NCBI GenBank assembly: GCA_964604225.1
Contig: CAZRYD010000004.1
Span: 1 to 56,523 of the forward strand
Length of the DNA stretch: 56,523 nucleotides
Direction: 5' to 3'
Source: an uncultured Caldilineaceae bacterium
GTDB lineage: Bacteria; Chloroflexota; Anaerolineae; 4572-78; J111
How positions within the stretch are numbered: position 1 is the stretch's first letter; every line of letters begins with the position of its first letter. Below the pieces are notes generated by a model. That model had not been told where the DNA came from and did no database searches. It saw nothing but the letters and a program-made list of their open reading frames with translations. The position numbers and the translations under genes were made by a program. This document shows, piece after piece, positions 41,926-51,121 of this stretch.

Positions 41926-44868
41926 TTATCTGTTGTGCTGAACCTCACCAATCAAGGAGTCATCCAGCCCTGGCGAACCGTTGAGGCTGGTGCTGGCTCG
42001 CCAATTTTGGGGATTATTTGGGTCACCGTCCAATTCTGCCAAAACCAGCGAGTCGCCGTGACCATCGGCGCTCAACGGCCAGCCATTGGCATCGTCATAA
42101 GTAAAATCGATGATCAGCTCACCGTCGGCGTCGGTCATCACAATTTGCTCGCCTTTGTTGGAGAAATGGCCATCATAGACCCCCCTGATTGGTACATCGG
42201 GGTATCTTTCGGCAAAAGCTGTGGGATTGCTGACCAACACGGCATTTTCACCGGGAACCAGGGGTGGGGTGTCGGACGGGAAGGCAAAATAAATCCCTGC
42301 ATCAATCGATACGTTGGCCAGATCGAGCTCGGTGCTGCCTACATTTTTCAATTCGATAAATTCAAAATCATCTCCCTCAACCGGATTATACATGATTTCG
42401 GTAATGCGGAGAGAGAAGTCCTGTCGGATAATGCTAAAGTTGGCCTCGTGTAGAGCACTCCAAACCGGCTCTGCCTTGGCTGAGGCCTGGTTCAACAAAA
42501 CCCGCGCTTTGACCTGAGTATTGGTGCTGATGAGCACCGGTCCGGTGTAGGCCCTGGCCGTGGGGCCAACAACGCCGGTGACCGGCAGCCGTGGGTCGGA
42601 GCCATCGGTGGTGTAGTAGATGGTGCCATAGTCAAGGGGATTATTCATGGTCAGGTTGAAGCCAGTTTCGACCAAGCCGCTTTCCTGGCTGAACTTGGGC
42701 GGATCAACTTTGGGGTAGTAGCCCACCTCGCGCGCCCAAGCCGTCAACCTGGCTGCGTGGCCGTTCATTTGGGCCACGATTGTTTCATTGGCCTTAAGCC
42801 ACTTTTCTTGAGTAAAGGGCGCTTCTGGAGTAGCATCGCCCCAGCGGGCCGTCTCGGCCACCATGGCCTGATCAATCGCTTGGCTCCAATGTAACCAACG
42901 GGCCTGGGCTGTGGCATCGGCTAGCGCGCCGTTGTTGGCTAGATGTTTATACATCCGGTCGGCCAACTGCATACGGAAATCGGGGTTTTGCAGCAAGGTT
43001 TGAAATAAGCGGGTAACCAGGTCAAATTGGGGGTTGTTGGAGGCAGTCCAACCGAATTGAACCTCGTTTAAGCTGTTCGGCTCGCTCCAGATGAACAATT
43101 TACCTCGCCCACCTAAATCTGTTCGGTTAATCGCAGCCCGCCAGTTGTTTTCAGGCCAGTCGAGGAACTGGCTGTACCAATTCAAAATCATGGTGTCGCT
43201 CAACTGGACCGGATCGAAGTATGAAGCCACTTCGGTATATTTAGGGGTTAGATCTTCAGGAGAGCCGTCTTCAAAACGTCCGGCATAATTGAGGACGGTG
43301 AACAGGTAGGCCAACCTGTCGCCCCCACTATTTGAATCTTGGTTGAGCAGACCGTCTTGATCCGCCAGAAACCAATCTTCTTTCTTGCCGCCCAGGTAAG
43401 CGGCCATAAAGGAGGCATCGGGTCTTTCGGTGATATGATACACCCCCCAATACAGGCCATTGAGATAGAGATGAACATAAGCACTGTTCGTGCCCAGGCC
43501 CGACATGTCGATTTGGGAGGTATGTAACCAGGCGTCGCGAATATAAGTGGCAGGTTCGTTCATAGCGCCTGGTTGCAGCACCAGAGTATCGAAATCATCG
43601 CTAGGCGAGTTTGGAAAAATGGGATAATCCAGCTCGGTTGGGCCATAAGCACGCTTGAACAGCAGCCGGAAGGAATGTTTAGGGTCAGTTTGGCCCGGTT
43701 CCGGTTCAGTTTGAAGCTTGATACCGGCGTTAATTTGGAAGCCCGGTTCGGTGTGGGTGGGATCAATCCATTCCACAGAAACGGGACGCTCCCAATTGGG
43801 GTCGCTATCTTGAGGATGGGTATGGAGGTCAGCCAAACTCTGCTCCGACATAACCAGGGATAGACTGGGCAGGGTTTGCAGGTCATTGGTGAGGGTGTCG
43901 TGATAGCGAGGGTCATGGACCACCGCCGGATCCATGGCGTAATCGGCTGTTACGGGGGAAACTATGGCCTTACCATAGGCGTTTGGATTGAGTTGAGCGC
44001 CCCAACTCAAGGGAAAGCCGGCTGGAGCGGCCGGTTGGCTCAGCACGTCATCCAGAAAAATATAAGTCTGCGTCTCACTTGTTGAGGGTAGAAAATTGGG
44101 CTTGAAGGCCATTGCCCGCAGCAAGGTGGTGCTATCAACGGTGATAGGTTGACTGTAGGACGTTCCATTGGTTGCGCTTGGCTCGCTGCCATCAACGGTG
44201 TAGCGGATCGTTGCGCCTGGGGTGGCTGTGGTCAAAGCTATGGTAAAAGGAGCGTTGTAAAAGCCCCGTTCGGCGCTAAACTGTACCGGCGCAACCACCC
44301 CGGCCCAGACTGCGGATTCATCATTCGCTTCCCCTGGGGTGGGATGGGCCAGATAACCATAGGCTAGTTCGGCTCCATAGCGGCCATAGGAAATATCCCT
44401 AAATTGCTCCGGAAATTTGGGTGTGATGACATCCATCAGGCGGTCTTCCAGGATGTTGTACAGAGCCAGAAAATCACCTTCGCGGTCGAGCTTGAAGTTG
44501 GTATGCAAGGCTATGCCTGGTTCGTCGATACGGCGATCTTTGCCGGAGGTAAAAACCACCAGATAGTCAGCGCTGCCCAGGGTCACATCGGGAAAAGGCC
44601 ACTTTTGGGGGTCGTTGGGATCGTCGGTTAAGGCCCAACCGGCCAAATTGATCGGAGTGTTGCCGCGGTTGTGCAGCTCAATCCAATCGGAATATTCCCC
44701 TTCTTCATCGATGAGGCCGCTGCCGTTAACAGCCATAAACTCGTTGATGACCAGATTGTTGGAGTTTGTTGTGGCCAAAGACGACTTGGGCGTTTGCCCG
44801 GCGCTGAACAGTAGAGCGATTAAAATTATTGACCAGAAAAATATTTTCTGACTTTTCTTATTGTCCAT
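41926..44868 (-). CDS. Secreted CotH-kinase-family protein with N- and C-terminal lamin-tail domains and chitobiase-C-like modules
   Basis: Signal peptide is MDNKKSQKIFFWSIILIALLF (alternative GTG start at 44904). LTDs are LVINEFMAVN...DWIELHNRGNTPINLAGWALTD and LRITEIMYNP...FEFIELKNVGSTELDL. CotH core is YVHLYLNGLYWGVYHITERPD. Other modules are GATIRYTVDGSEPS and GTIYYTTDGSDP. Confidence 0.8.
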   Translation of the reverse strand: MDNKKSQKIFFWSIILIALLFSAGQTPKSSLATTNSNNLVINEFMAVNGSGLIDEEGEYSDWIELHNRGNTPINLAGWALTDDPNDPQKWPFPDVTLGSADYLVVFTSGKDRRIDEPGIALHTNFKLDREGDFLALYNILEDRLMDVITPKFPEQFRDISYGRYGAELAYGYLAHPTPGEANDESAVWAGVVAPVQFSAERGFYNAPFTIALTTATPGATIRYTVDGSEPSATNGTSYSQPITVDSTTLLRAMAFKPNFLPSTSETQTYIFLDDVLSQPAAPAGFPLSWGAQLNPNAYGKAIVSPVTADYAMDPAVVHDPRYHDTLTNDLQTLPSLSLVMSEQSLADLHTHPQDSDPNWERPVSVEWIDPTHTEPGFQINAGIKLQTEPEPGQTDPKHSFRLLFKRAYGPTELDYPIFPNSPSDDFDTLVLQPGAMNEPATYIRDAWLHTSQIDMSGLGTNSAYVHLYLNGLYWGVYHITERPDASFMAAYLGGKKEDWFLADQDGLLNQDSNSGGDRLAYLFTVLNYAGRFEDGSPEDLTPKYTEVASYFDPVQLSDTMILNWYSQFLDWPENNWRAAINRTDLGGRGKLFIWSEPNSLNEVQFGWTASNNPQFDLVTRLFQTLLQNPDFRMQLADRMYKHLANNGALADATAQARWLHWSQAIDQAMVAETARWGDATPEAPFTQEKWLKANETIVAQMNGHAARLTAWAREVGYYPKVDPPKFSQESGLVETGFNLTMNNPLDYGTIYYTTDGSDPRLPVTGVVGPTARAYTGPVLISTNTQVKARVLLNQASAKAEPVWSALHEANFSIIRQDFSLRITEIMYNPVEGDDFEFIELKNVGSTELDLANVSIDAGIYFAFPSDTPPLVPGENAVLVSNPTAFAERYPDVPIRGVYDGHFSNKGEQIVMTDADGELIIDFTYDDANGWPLSADGHGDSLVLAELDGDPNNPQNWRASTSLNGSPGLDDSLIGEVQHNR

Positions 44869-44894
44869 AGTAGTAATTACAGAGTCAGGAGGCC

Positions 44895-46514
44895 CTATTT
44901 GCACTCCGTGAATGTTTGATTCCTCATAATATCTAAATGGTTTAGGATTACATCTTGCCTTTCGTCTACAAAATTCAGAGCCATTTGGACGCTGTGGTCA
45001 AAATTGGCTACACCCATGTCCGGGGCCCAGCGGGCTGCTTCCAAATTAATAAACGACCTGACAATCTCGGCCTGCTTCAGAATTTCGGCTTTGACCCGCT
45101 CTTTCGAGAGCTGGCCGACCTCGTTGGGCGGGCGGTTAGTAGTATTCTCCACCCCCAGGTATTCCCGCGCTCTCTGCCAAAATTGAACTTTTAACCAGCA
45201 ATTTTGGATAAATGGTTTTTCCAGAATGCGGGTAATACTGTCGTGCGGGCTGTAGGCTCGCTCCAGGGTATTGATGTCATTCTTAAAACCACCGTCGGCG
45301 CTGCCGAGGGCGGTTTCAGCATCCCAGACCATCATACGCCACTTGCCCTGATTGGTCTTGGCGCCCGAATCCATGCGGCGATAGACAATCCAGTTGGCAT
45401 CTGGCCAATCCAAATTTTGCACATACGTCTCTAAAAATAGATAGGAAAAAACATTCTCCATATCTATCCGGTTCTGCAGCACGCCTAGGTTGCCGGGGAC
45501 TGAAAAATCGGCGCTGCCGACCCAGTTTTGATTTTCCAGCCAGCCGGCGTAATCACCCTCTTTAACCTCTTCCCGGTTATACCAAACCCCATTTTCCCAG
45601 CCGCTTTCTTTGGCAATAATATTCCATTCCGCGTCTTTATCAGAATAGGAGCGCAGAAATTGCTGGTCAATCCGCTCGGTCAAATTATACAGACCCCAAA
45701 ACTCGCCGTTAAGATAGAGCAGCACCCATGAGCCGTGAGCAATCGGCTGGCCCATATCGCGGTGCAGATTCCGCACCACCTGGTCGTTAATATATCTGGC
45801 GGAGAGATGTTTGTCAGATAGGCCGGGAATGCCGCGATGGAAGAAGGTGTCTTGAAAGCCGGCTCGCAGCACCAGTTTGTCGAATTTGGTCACCGGGCTA
45901 TCCGGGAAGAGCGGATATTCCAGGTTACCTGGACCGCCGTAAGATTTGCTAAAATAAATTCGGTATGATTTCTTTGGGCTGAACAGCCGGGAGAAGTTAC
46001 CATGGATTCTGGCCCCGGCTTTGACATTAAATTGAACCAACCCACCAGGCGCGAAATATTCCAGGTTGATCGGACGTTCCCAATCCTTGCCACGCTCTTC
46101 TGGAAAAGTGTGGAGTGTGTTCAGGTCGTTCCAGTCGGCCACGATGGAGATAACCGGAATGGTTTGGTCATAATTGGCGATAAGGTACGATTTGGTGTAG
46201 ACCTCGCCTACGGCCACGCTGTCTTTAAACACCTGCGCCCGGATAACGGTGGACTTGTCAATGGCTAAAGGTCCATTGTAGGGGGTGCTATTGGCGTCGG
46301 GTAGAGAACCATTGGTAGTGTAGTGAATGGTTCCACCCGGCGCTCCACTTTTGAGACTCAACTGAAAAGCTTGGGTGACCACAGCCGAGTCTTTGGAAAA
46401 AGTGATGGTTTGGGAGGCTGCCTCCTGAGCTGAAACGGGTGAAACCTCGCTGGCCAAAACAAGTGCGATTAAGATCAACCCGATTGAAAAAATTCGCAAC
46501 AGAGATAAACTCAT
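44895..46514 (-). CDS. Secreted CotH-kinase-family protein with chitobiase-C-like N-terminal module
   Basis: GAGGAGG SD lies 7 nt before ATG 46514. A signal peptide is present. Modules are GGTIHYTTNGSLPDANSTPYNGPL and the CotH core VLLYLNGEFWGLYNLTERID. Confidence 0.8.
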   Translation of the reverse strand: MSLSLLRIFSIGLILIALVLASEVSPVSAQEAASQTITFSKDSAVVTQAFQLSLKSGAPGGTIHYTTNGSLPDANSTPYNGPLAIDKSTVIRAQVFKDSVAVGEVYTKSYLIANYDQTIPVISIVADWNDLNTLHTFPEERGKDWERPINLEYFAPGGLVQFNVKAGARIHGNFSRLFSPKKSYRIYFSKSYGGPGNLEYPLFPDSPVTKFDKLVLRAGFQDTFFHRGIPGLSDKHLSARYINDQVVRNLHRDMGQPIAHGSWVLLYLNGEFWGLYNLTERIDQQFLRSYSDKDAEWNIIAKESGWENGVWYNREEVKEGDYAGWLENQNWVGSADFSVPGNLGVLQNRIDMENVFSYLFLETYVQNLDWPDANWIVYRRMDSGAKTNQGKWRMMVWDAETALGSADGGFKNDINTLERAYSPHDSITRILEKPFIQNCWLKVQFWQRAREYLGVENTTNRPPNEVGQLSKERVKAEILKQAEIVRSFINLEAARWAPDMGVANFDHSVQMALNFVDERQDVILNHLDIMRNQTFTECK

Positions 46515-46588
46515 ACTTATTCCTCCTCATTTTTACCAGGGGAGATCAGGTAAAAATGTGTTAAACTCCTCTATTCAGAATGTGGAAT

Positions 46589-46599
46589 ATTATAGCACA
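46589..46599 (-). promoter_or_regulatory. Extended -10 promoter element TGTGCTATAAT for the CotH gene pair
   Basis: The minus strand of 46589-46599 reads TGTGCTATAAT, 75 nt upstream of ATG 46514. Confidence 0.5.
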
Positions 46600-47227
46600 A
46601 ATGTTCTATTACTGCAATTGTCCAACCATACTGACACCCTTAAAGCTGACACGCCAGGCAGGGTGCTTGTTTCAAACTAAAGGATTTGTGGTCTCCTACG
46701 TATAACATTTGAGACCCAAAGTTAGAAAAGACTCTTAAAGAACTAAGATATGTTGGGTTTTGAAGTTTGAGGCTGAGGCTCTTGGTTTTTTAACCGAGCC
46801 TCCGAGGCAAATCTGGATAGATTTCAGGCCAGAGATAGAAGAACACATCCCTGTCTGTTAATCTCTTCCAGCCCCCATTCTGGAATCGGCGTCACTTTAA
46901 TTTATAAAGCAACTATATATAGAATAGCAATTATACAAGCAGACTTTGCGGTGTCAAGTAAAAATGATATACTAAGTTAATGCCACAATAAAAATAAGCC
47001 GCTTGATGCATTTTTGTAGTTGCTCTGGTTGGATGATTCCAAGGAATGGCCCATTTTGGCTCAATACTATTCACAGTATACTTGGTTTAACCAGAAGAAA
47101 CATCATCCAAAAGTAGTAAATTAAGTGGTAAATTATCAGCCCACAAAAGTAGTATATTGTTGGAAATCGAGTTGGCTTACCAGTTTCTATGGGGACACAA
47201 AGAAAATTTAGGAGGGAGATACGTTCA

Positions 47228-47566
47228 ATGGATGAATGTCCTGTGGAACGAGTCGCTCATTTGGTAGGGGACAAGTGGGTGTTGTTGATCGTCCGCGACT
47301 TGGTGACGGGTTGCAAGCGATTTGGAGAATTACAGAAATCTTTGGGCGCGATTAGCCCTCGCACGCTTTCGGGCCGGTTGAGCATGTTAGAAAGCGTTGA
47401 CCTTATCGAGCGCCATGCTTTTGCGGAGATACCGCCCCGAGTAGAATACTCTCTAACGGAGAAAGGCCGGGCTTTACTGCCGCTCATTATCGCCATGCGT
47501 AACTATGGTGAGAAGTGGCTACAGGCAGCCCCTGCCGAAACCTACGATCTAACCAAATTGGTTTGA
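47228..47566 (+). CDS. HxlR-family winged-helix transcriptional regulator
   Basis: CPVERVAHLVGDKWVLLIVRDL..GCKRFGELQKSLGAISPRTLSGRLSMLESVDLIER...PPRVEYSLTEKG. AGGAGG lies upstream of ATG 47228. Confidence 0.85.
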   Translation: MDECPVERVAHLVGDKWVLLIVRDLVTGCKRFGELQKSLGAISPRTLSGRLSMLESVDLIERHAFAEIPPRVEYSLTEKGRALLPLIIAMRNYGEKWLQAAPAETYDLTKLV

Positions 47567-47587
47567 TGATCATGTCTGATTGCCAAC

Positions 47588-47620
47588 AAAAAAGACCAAC
47601 GATCTCAGTTGGTCCTTTTT
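47588..47620. terminator. Bidirectional rho-independent terminator between hxlR-like and aldolase genes
   Basis: AAAAAAGACCAAC ... GTTGGTCCTTTTT. Confidence 0.7.
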
Positions 47621-47638
47621 AATGGGTGCAACAGTTCT

Positions 47639-48391
47639 CTAACTATCAAAAAGAACCCGGTAAATCTGGGCAGTGACCGCCTGCGGATCTTCCGCTTGCC
47701 AGACCCGGCGGCCAATAGCCACACCAGCCGCACCCGCCGCGATAGCATCACGGGCCAGGGCCGTGGTGGAACTGTCGTCACCCTGACTGGGACCCCCCGC
47801 TACAATGATGGGCACCGGCGCAGCCGTGACCACCTGTCTAAATTCTTCAACATTCCCACAATAGTTGGTTTTGACAATGTCCGCCCCAATCTCCAGGCCG
47901 ATACGAGCGGCATGGGCAATCGCTTCAGCCTCATAGGAACGGTCGCCGGGAGGCATCATCTCTGCCACCACCGGCATATCATAGCGTTGGCTGGCGTCAA
48001 CCAGGCTGGCCAGCCAGCGATAAATCTCAATATCCCCGGCCCGGCCAAAAAAGACGGATACGGCGATAGCGTCGGCGTCCATACGTAAAGCAGTTTCCAG
48101 CGAAGCAATGGGGGTTTCCTGGGTGCCCTGCTGGCTCAATCCAGCGGTTAAACTGACCCGCAAAACTACCCCGGCTGCCGGGGAGATGAGCGAAGCGACT
48201 TCACGATAGAAGCCAGGGGAGATGAGCAGAGCGTTAGCGCCACCTTTTAATACCGCTTCGACGATGGCCCGGGGGCGGTCGATTCCCTTTTTGGGGCCCA
48301 ACCAGCCGCCGTGATCGAGCGGGGCCAGCAGGCAACGCTGCTGCGGTCCGACCAGCAGGCGGCTCAGTCGGCGTGATTTTCCAGTCGTCAT
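47639..48391 (-). CDS. Class I (Schiff-base) aldolase of the DhnA/FbaB/LsrF family
   Basis: LAPLDHGGWLGP and the lysine context ADIVKTNY. 250 aa. Confidence 0.75.
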   Translation of the reverse strand: MTTGKSRRLSRLLVGPQQRCLLAPLDHGGWLGPKKGIDRPRAIVEAVLKGGANALLISPGFYREVASLISPAAGVVLRVSLTAGLSQQGTQETPIASLETALRMDADAIAVSVFFGRAGDIEIYRWLASLVDASQRYDMPVVAEMMPPGDRSYEAEAIAHAARIGLEIGADIVKTNYCGNVEEFRQVVTAAPVPIIVAGGPSQGDDSSTTALARDAIAAGAAGVAIGRRVWQAEDPQAVTAQIYRVLFDS

Positions 48392-48443
48392 AATTTTAAC
48401 TCCTTCAGGTTAGTGTCATAAAATCAAAAACGGAATTGGTCTT

Positions 48444-49916
48444 CTACTTGATGGTTTTGGCTGCAAAATCGGCCAGGAGGCAGTAGCGGCGATAGATCGG
48501 CTCATAGGCCTCGGCCAATTCCGGCCGAGGATTCAGTCGCTGCGGCGTTTCAAAAGTACGATCGAGGGCCTCATCAAAAGAAGTGGTCGGGTCAAGCGCC
48601 GTGACGCTGTAGGCATACAGGGCGCGAGTCACCGTCTCCTGACCGGCATAAAGCAGCACCGGGCGCTGGCACACGTCGGCAATGATTTGAGGCCAGCCGG
48701 AAATGGTGGCCCCGCCGCCGGCCACGGCCAGTTCGTGGCTGGACGCTCCCAAATCTTCGGCAATTTCCAGGAGATGGCGCAGGCTGTAGGCCACTCCCTC
48801 TAGTACCGCCCGGCACATGTGGCCGCGATGGTGGCTCAAGGTTAAGCCGTAAAAGCTGCCGCGCAGGGTGTCACTCCAATAGGGGCAGCGTTCTCCGGCC
48901 AGAAAAGGCAAAAAGAAAAGTCCAGCCGCACCGGGTGGCGTCTCCGCTGCGGCATCCAGAGCAACCTGCAGCGGCGTACCCGGATCGAAGAGCGACTGCC
49001 AAGCCCAGGTCAGCGCCGCCCCGCTGGTCGAGAGCACACCATTGAGCAGGCGATAGGGCAGGAGTGGGTAGATATACAGACGTTGGCAGGACACATCAAC
49101 CGGCTGATTTTCAGTCAACAGCGTCGAGAGCATGCCCGAACTGCCCAGCGAGCAGGTGAGCCGGCCCAGTTTGGGCGGCGCGCCGCCCAACAAAGCAATC
49201 ACGTCGCCCGCGCCGACAATCACTTGGGTGGCCGGAGACAGCCCCAGGCTGGCAGCAACGTCGGGTAACAGTGGACCTGCGTCAGCGGCGGGGGAGCGGA
49301 GCGGGGGCAGCACCGCCGGGTCAAGTTGAACCAACTCCAGCCTGTTAGTGGCCCACTCCTGCCGCTCCATATCCAGCAGCGCTGCGCCGCCAGCCTCGGT
49401 GGCATCGGTCATCAATCGGCCAGTCAGCCGGTAGCGCAGGTAATCCTTGGGCCAGAGCATAGTGCGGGTGCGGGCCAGCACCTCCGGCCGATGTCGGGCC
49501 AGCCAAAGCAACTTGGGCAAAGTGTAGGTCGAGTTAAGTTGGTACGGCGGCAGCTTGAGCTGGGCCTGGAGTTCGGCTGTTTCATCCACGGCCCGCCGGT
49601 CCAGCCAGAGAATGGTCGGGGCCAACGGCTGGCCGGCTTGGTCTAACAGCACCGCCGTGTGCATTTGTCCGGTCAAACCCAGCGCCTGGACCGTCCGTAA
49701 ATCAAAACCGGCGGCTCGCAACTGGGCCAAAGCTTCGACCAGCGCAGCCCACCAATCAGCCGGAGCAGCCTCGGCCCAACCGGGTTGAGGCGTTTGATAT
49801 TCATAGCGTTGGGTGGCCGTGGTCAAAACATAGCCATCGGCGGCATAAAGCACCGCTTTGAGCGCCGAGGTACCCACATCTATGGCCAGGATATGAGCAG
49901 TTGTTGTCCGTTTCAC
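48444..49916 (-). CDS. FGGY-family carbohydrate kinase (xylulokinase-like)
   Basis: ILAIDVGTSALKAVLY, GLTGQMH, GAGD and FLPFLAGERCPYW motifs. 490 aa. Confidence 0.88.
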   Translation of the reverse strand: MKRTTTAHILAIDVGTSALKAVLYAADGYVLTTATQRYEYQTPQPGWAEAAPADWWAALVEALAQLRAAGFDLRTVQALGLTGQMHTAVLLDQAGQPLAPTILWLDRRAVDETAELQAQLKLPPYQLNSTYTLPKLLWLARHRPEVLARTRTMLWPKDYLRYRLTGRLMTDATEAGGAALLDMERQEWATNRLELVQLDPAVLPPLRSPAADAGPLLPDVAASLGLSPATQVIVGAGDVIALLGGAPPKLGRLTCSLGSSGMLSTLLTENQPVDVSCQRLYIYPLLPYRLLNGVLSTSGAALTWAWQSLFDPGTPLQVALDAAAETPPGAAGLFFLPFLAGERCPYWSDTLRGSFYGLTLSHHRGHMCRAVLEGVAYSLRHLLEIAEDLGASSHELAVAGGGATISGWPQIIADVCQRPVLLYAGQETVTRALYAYSVTALDPTTSFDEALDRTFETPQRLNPRPELAEAYEPIYRRYCLLADFAAKTIK

Positions 49917-49976
49917 GTTTCACCCACAAGGGACCTTTGGCTCCGTATCATGTTCAGGTTCCAAAACCTGAAACTT

Positions 49977-51023
49977 TCAACTTTCGACTGCCGCTTCGCC
50001 ATTGACTTCCATCATAATTTTCAGACCTTCGGCATTTTTGACCATTTCCAGGCCCTGTCCCAACTCTTCCAGGGGCAGCAGATGGCTGACCAAACTGGCG
50101 GTATCGACTTGGCCGTTTTGAATGAAATCGAGTGCGCGCTGCATATTCTCCGGAGCGCTGTCAGAGGAACCGGTCAAGATATATTCTCCGTAATGAATCA
50201 GGTTGGGGTCAAGGCGCAGCTCATCGCGAGGATAGATACCGGCGAAAATATTGAGTCGGCCGCCGGGGGCCAGTAGAGGCAGGGTCTGTTCCACCAGCCG
50301 GGCCGACCCAACGGCGATGACAGCAGCGTCAACACCCCAGCCATCGGTCACTTCTTTAACAAACGCGGCCAGGTCGGTTTCTTGGGAGTTGACAAGCCAA
50401 TCAGCCCCCAGTGTTTTGGCTTTTTCCAGGCGGGCGGGGATCAAATCGGCGGCGATGACCCGCGCTCCGTGCTGCCGGGCGACCTGCATGTGCATCAGGC
50501 CAATCGGCCCCAGGCCGATTACCAGCTCCACTTCACCGGGGTAAAGCCGGAGCATGTCCTGCCCACGCACCACGCAGGCCAGCGGCTCCATAAACGCTGC
50601 GGCTTTCATATCGGTATTGGGTTTGAGGGGATAGATGTTTTGCTGGGGCAGCACGGTATAGTCGGCGTAGCCGCCGCTAAATTGCTGGTAGGTCGGACGC
50701 CGGCACAGGTTGGGCCGTCCCCGGCGGCAGGCCAGGCAGGCCCCGCATTTGACGATGAAATCGGCCACGACCGGCTGGCCGACGGTCAAGTGTTTGACCT
50801 TTGAGCCGAGCGCGGCTACGTAGCCGGAGCTTTCGTGACCCAGCACGCGAGGAAAAAGTACGGAGGACGATTTGCCTGAAAAAGCGCGTAGGTCCCAAGG
50901 ACAAATGCCGGTATAGGCGATTTTGACCAGCACATCATGGTCGCCTACTTCAAAGATGGGCCGTTCGCGTACTTCCAACAGGCCCGGTTTTTCGCACCAC
51001 ATCTGGCGCATGGTTTGAGTCAT
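49977..51023 (-). CDS. Zinc-dependent medium-chain polyol/alcohol dehydrogenase (sorbitol/threonine dehydrogenase-like)
   Basis: GICPWDLR, GHESSGYV, the structural-zinc cysteine cluster CGACLACRRGRPNLC, and the Rossmann motif GLGPIGL. Confidence 0.88.
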   Translation of the reverse strand: MTQTMRQMWCEKPGLLEVRERPIFEVGDHDVLVKIAYTGICPWDLRAFSGKSSSVLFPRVLGHESSGYVAALGSKVKHLTVGQPVVADFIVKCGACLACRRGRPNLCRRPTYQQFSGGYADYTVLPQQNIYPLKPNTDMKAAAFMEPLACVVRGQDMLRLYPGEVELVIGLGPIGLMHMQVARQHGARVIAADLIPARLEKAKTLGADWLVNSQETDLAAFVKEVTDGWGVDAAVIAVGSARLVEQTLPLLAPGGRLNIFAGIYPRDELRLDPNLIHYGEYILTGSSDSAPENMQRALDFIQNGQVDTASLVSHLLPLEELGQGLEMVKNAEGLKIMMEVNGEAAVES

Positions 51024-51043
51024 AATGTTACCTTCTTTTAATC

Positions 51044-51118
51044 CAGACCGCCGACTGCGGACCGATGACCGCCGAAAAACTTGTCTGCGGCGGTTTGTGG
51101 TCGGCTGTCAGCGGTCAG
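51044..51118 (-). repeat. Long imperfect GACCG-rich palindrome between the permease and dehydrogenase genes
   Basis: CAGACCGCCGAC...ACCGCCG // CGGCGGT...GTCAGCGGTCAG. The arms are about 30 nt with several mismatches. Confidence 0.45.
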
Positions 51119-51121
51119 TTT

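Noticed and set aside
47609-48088. 159-aa plus-strand ORF
   Set aside because: It is antisense to the class I aldolase gene and begins inside the bidirectional terminator.
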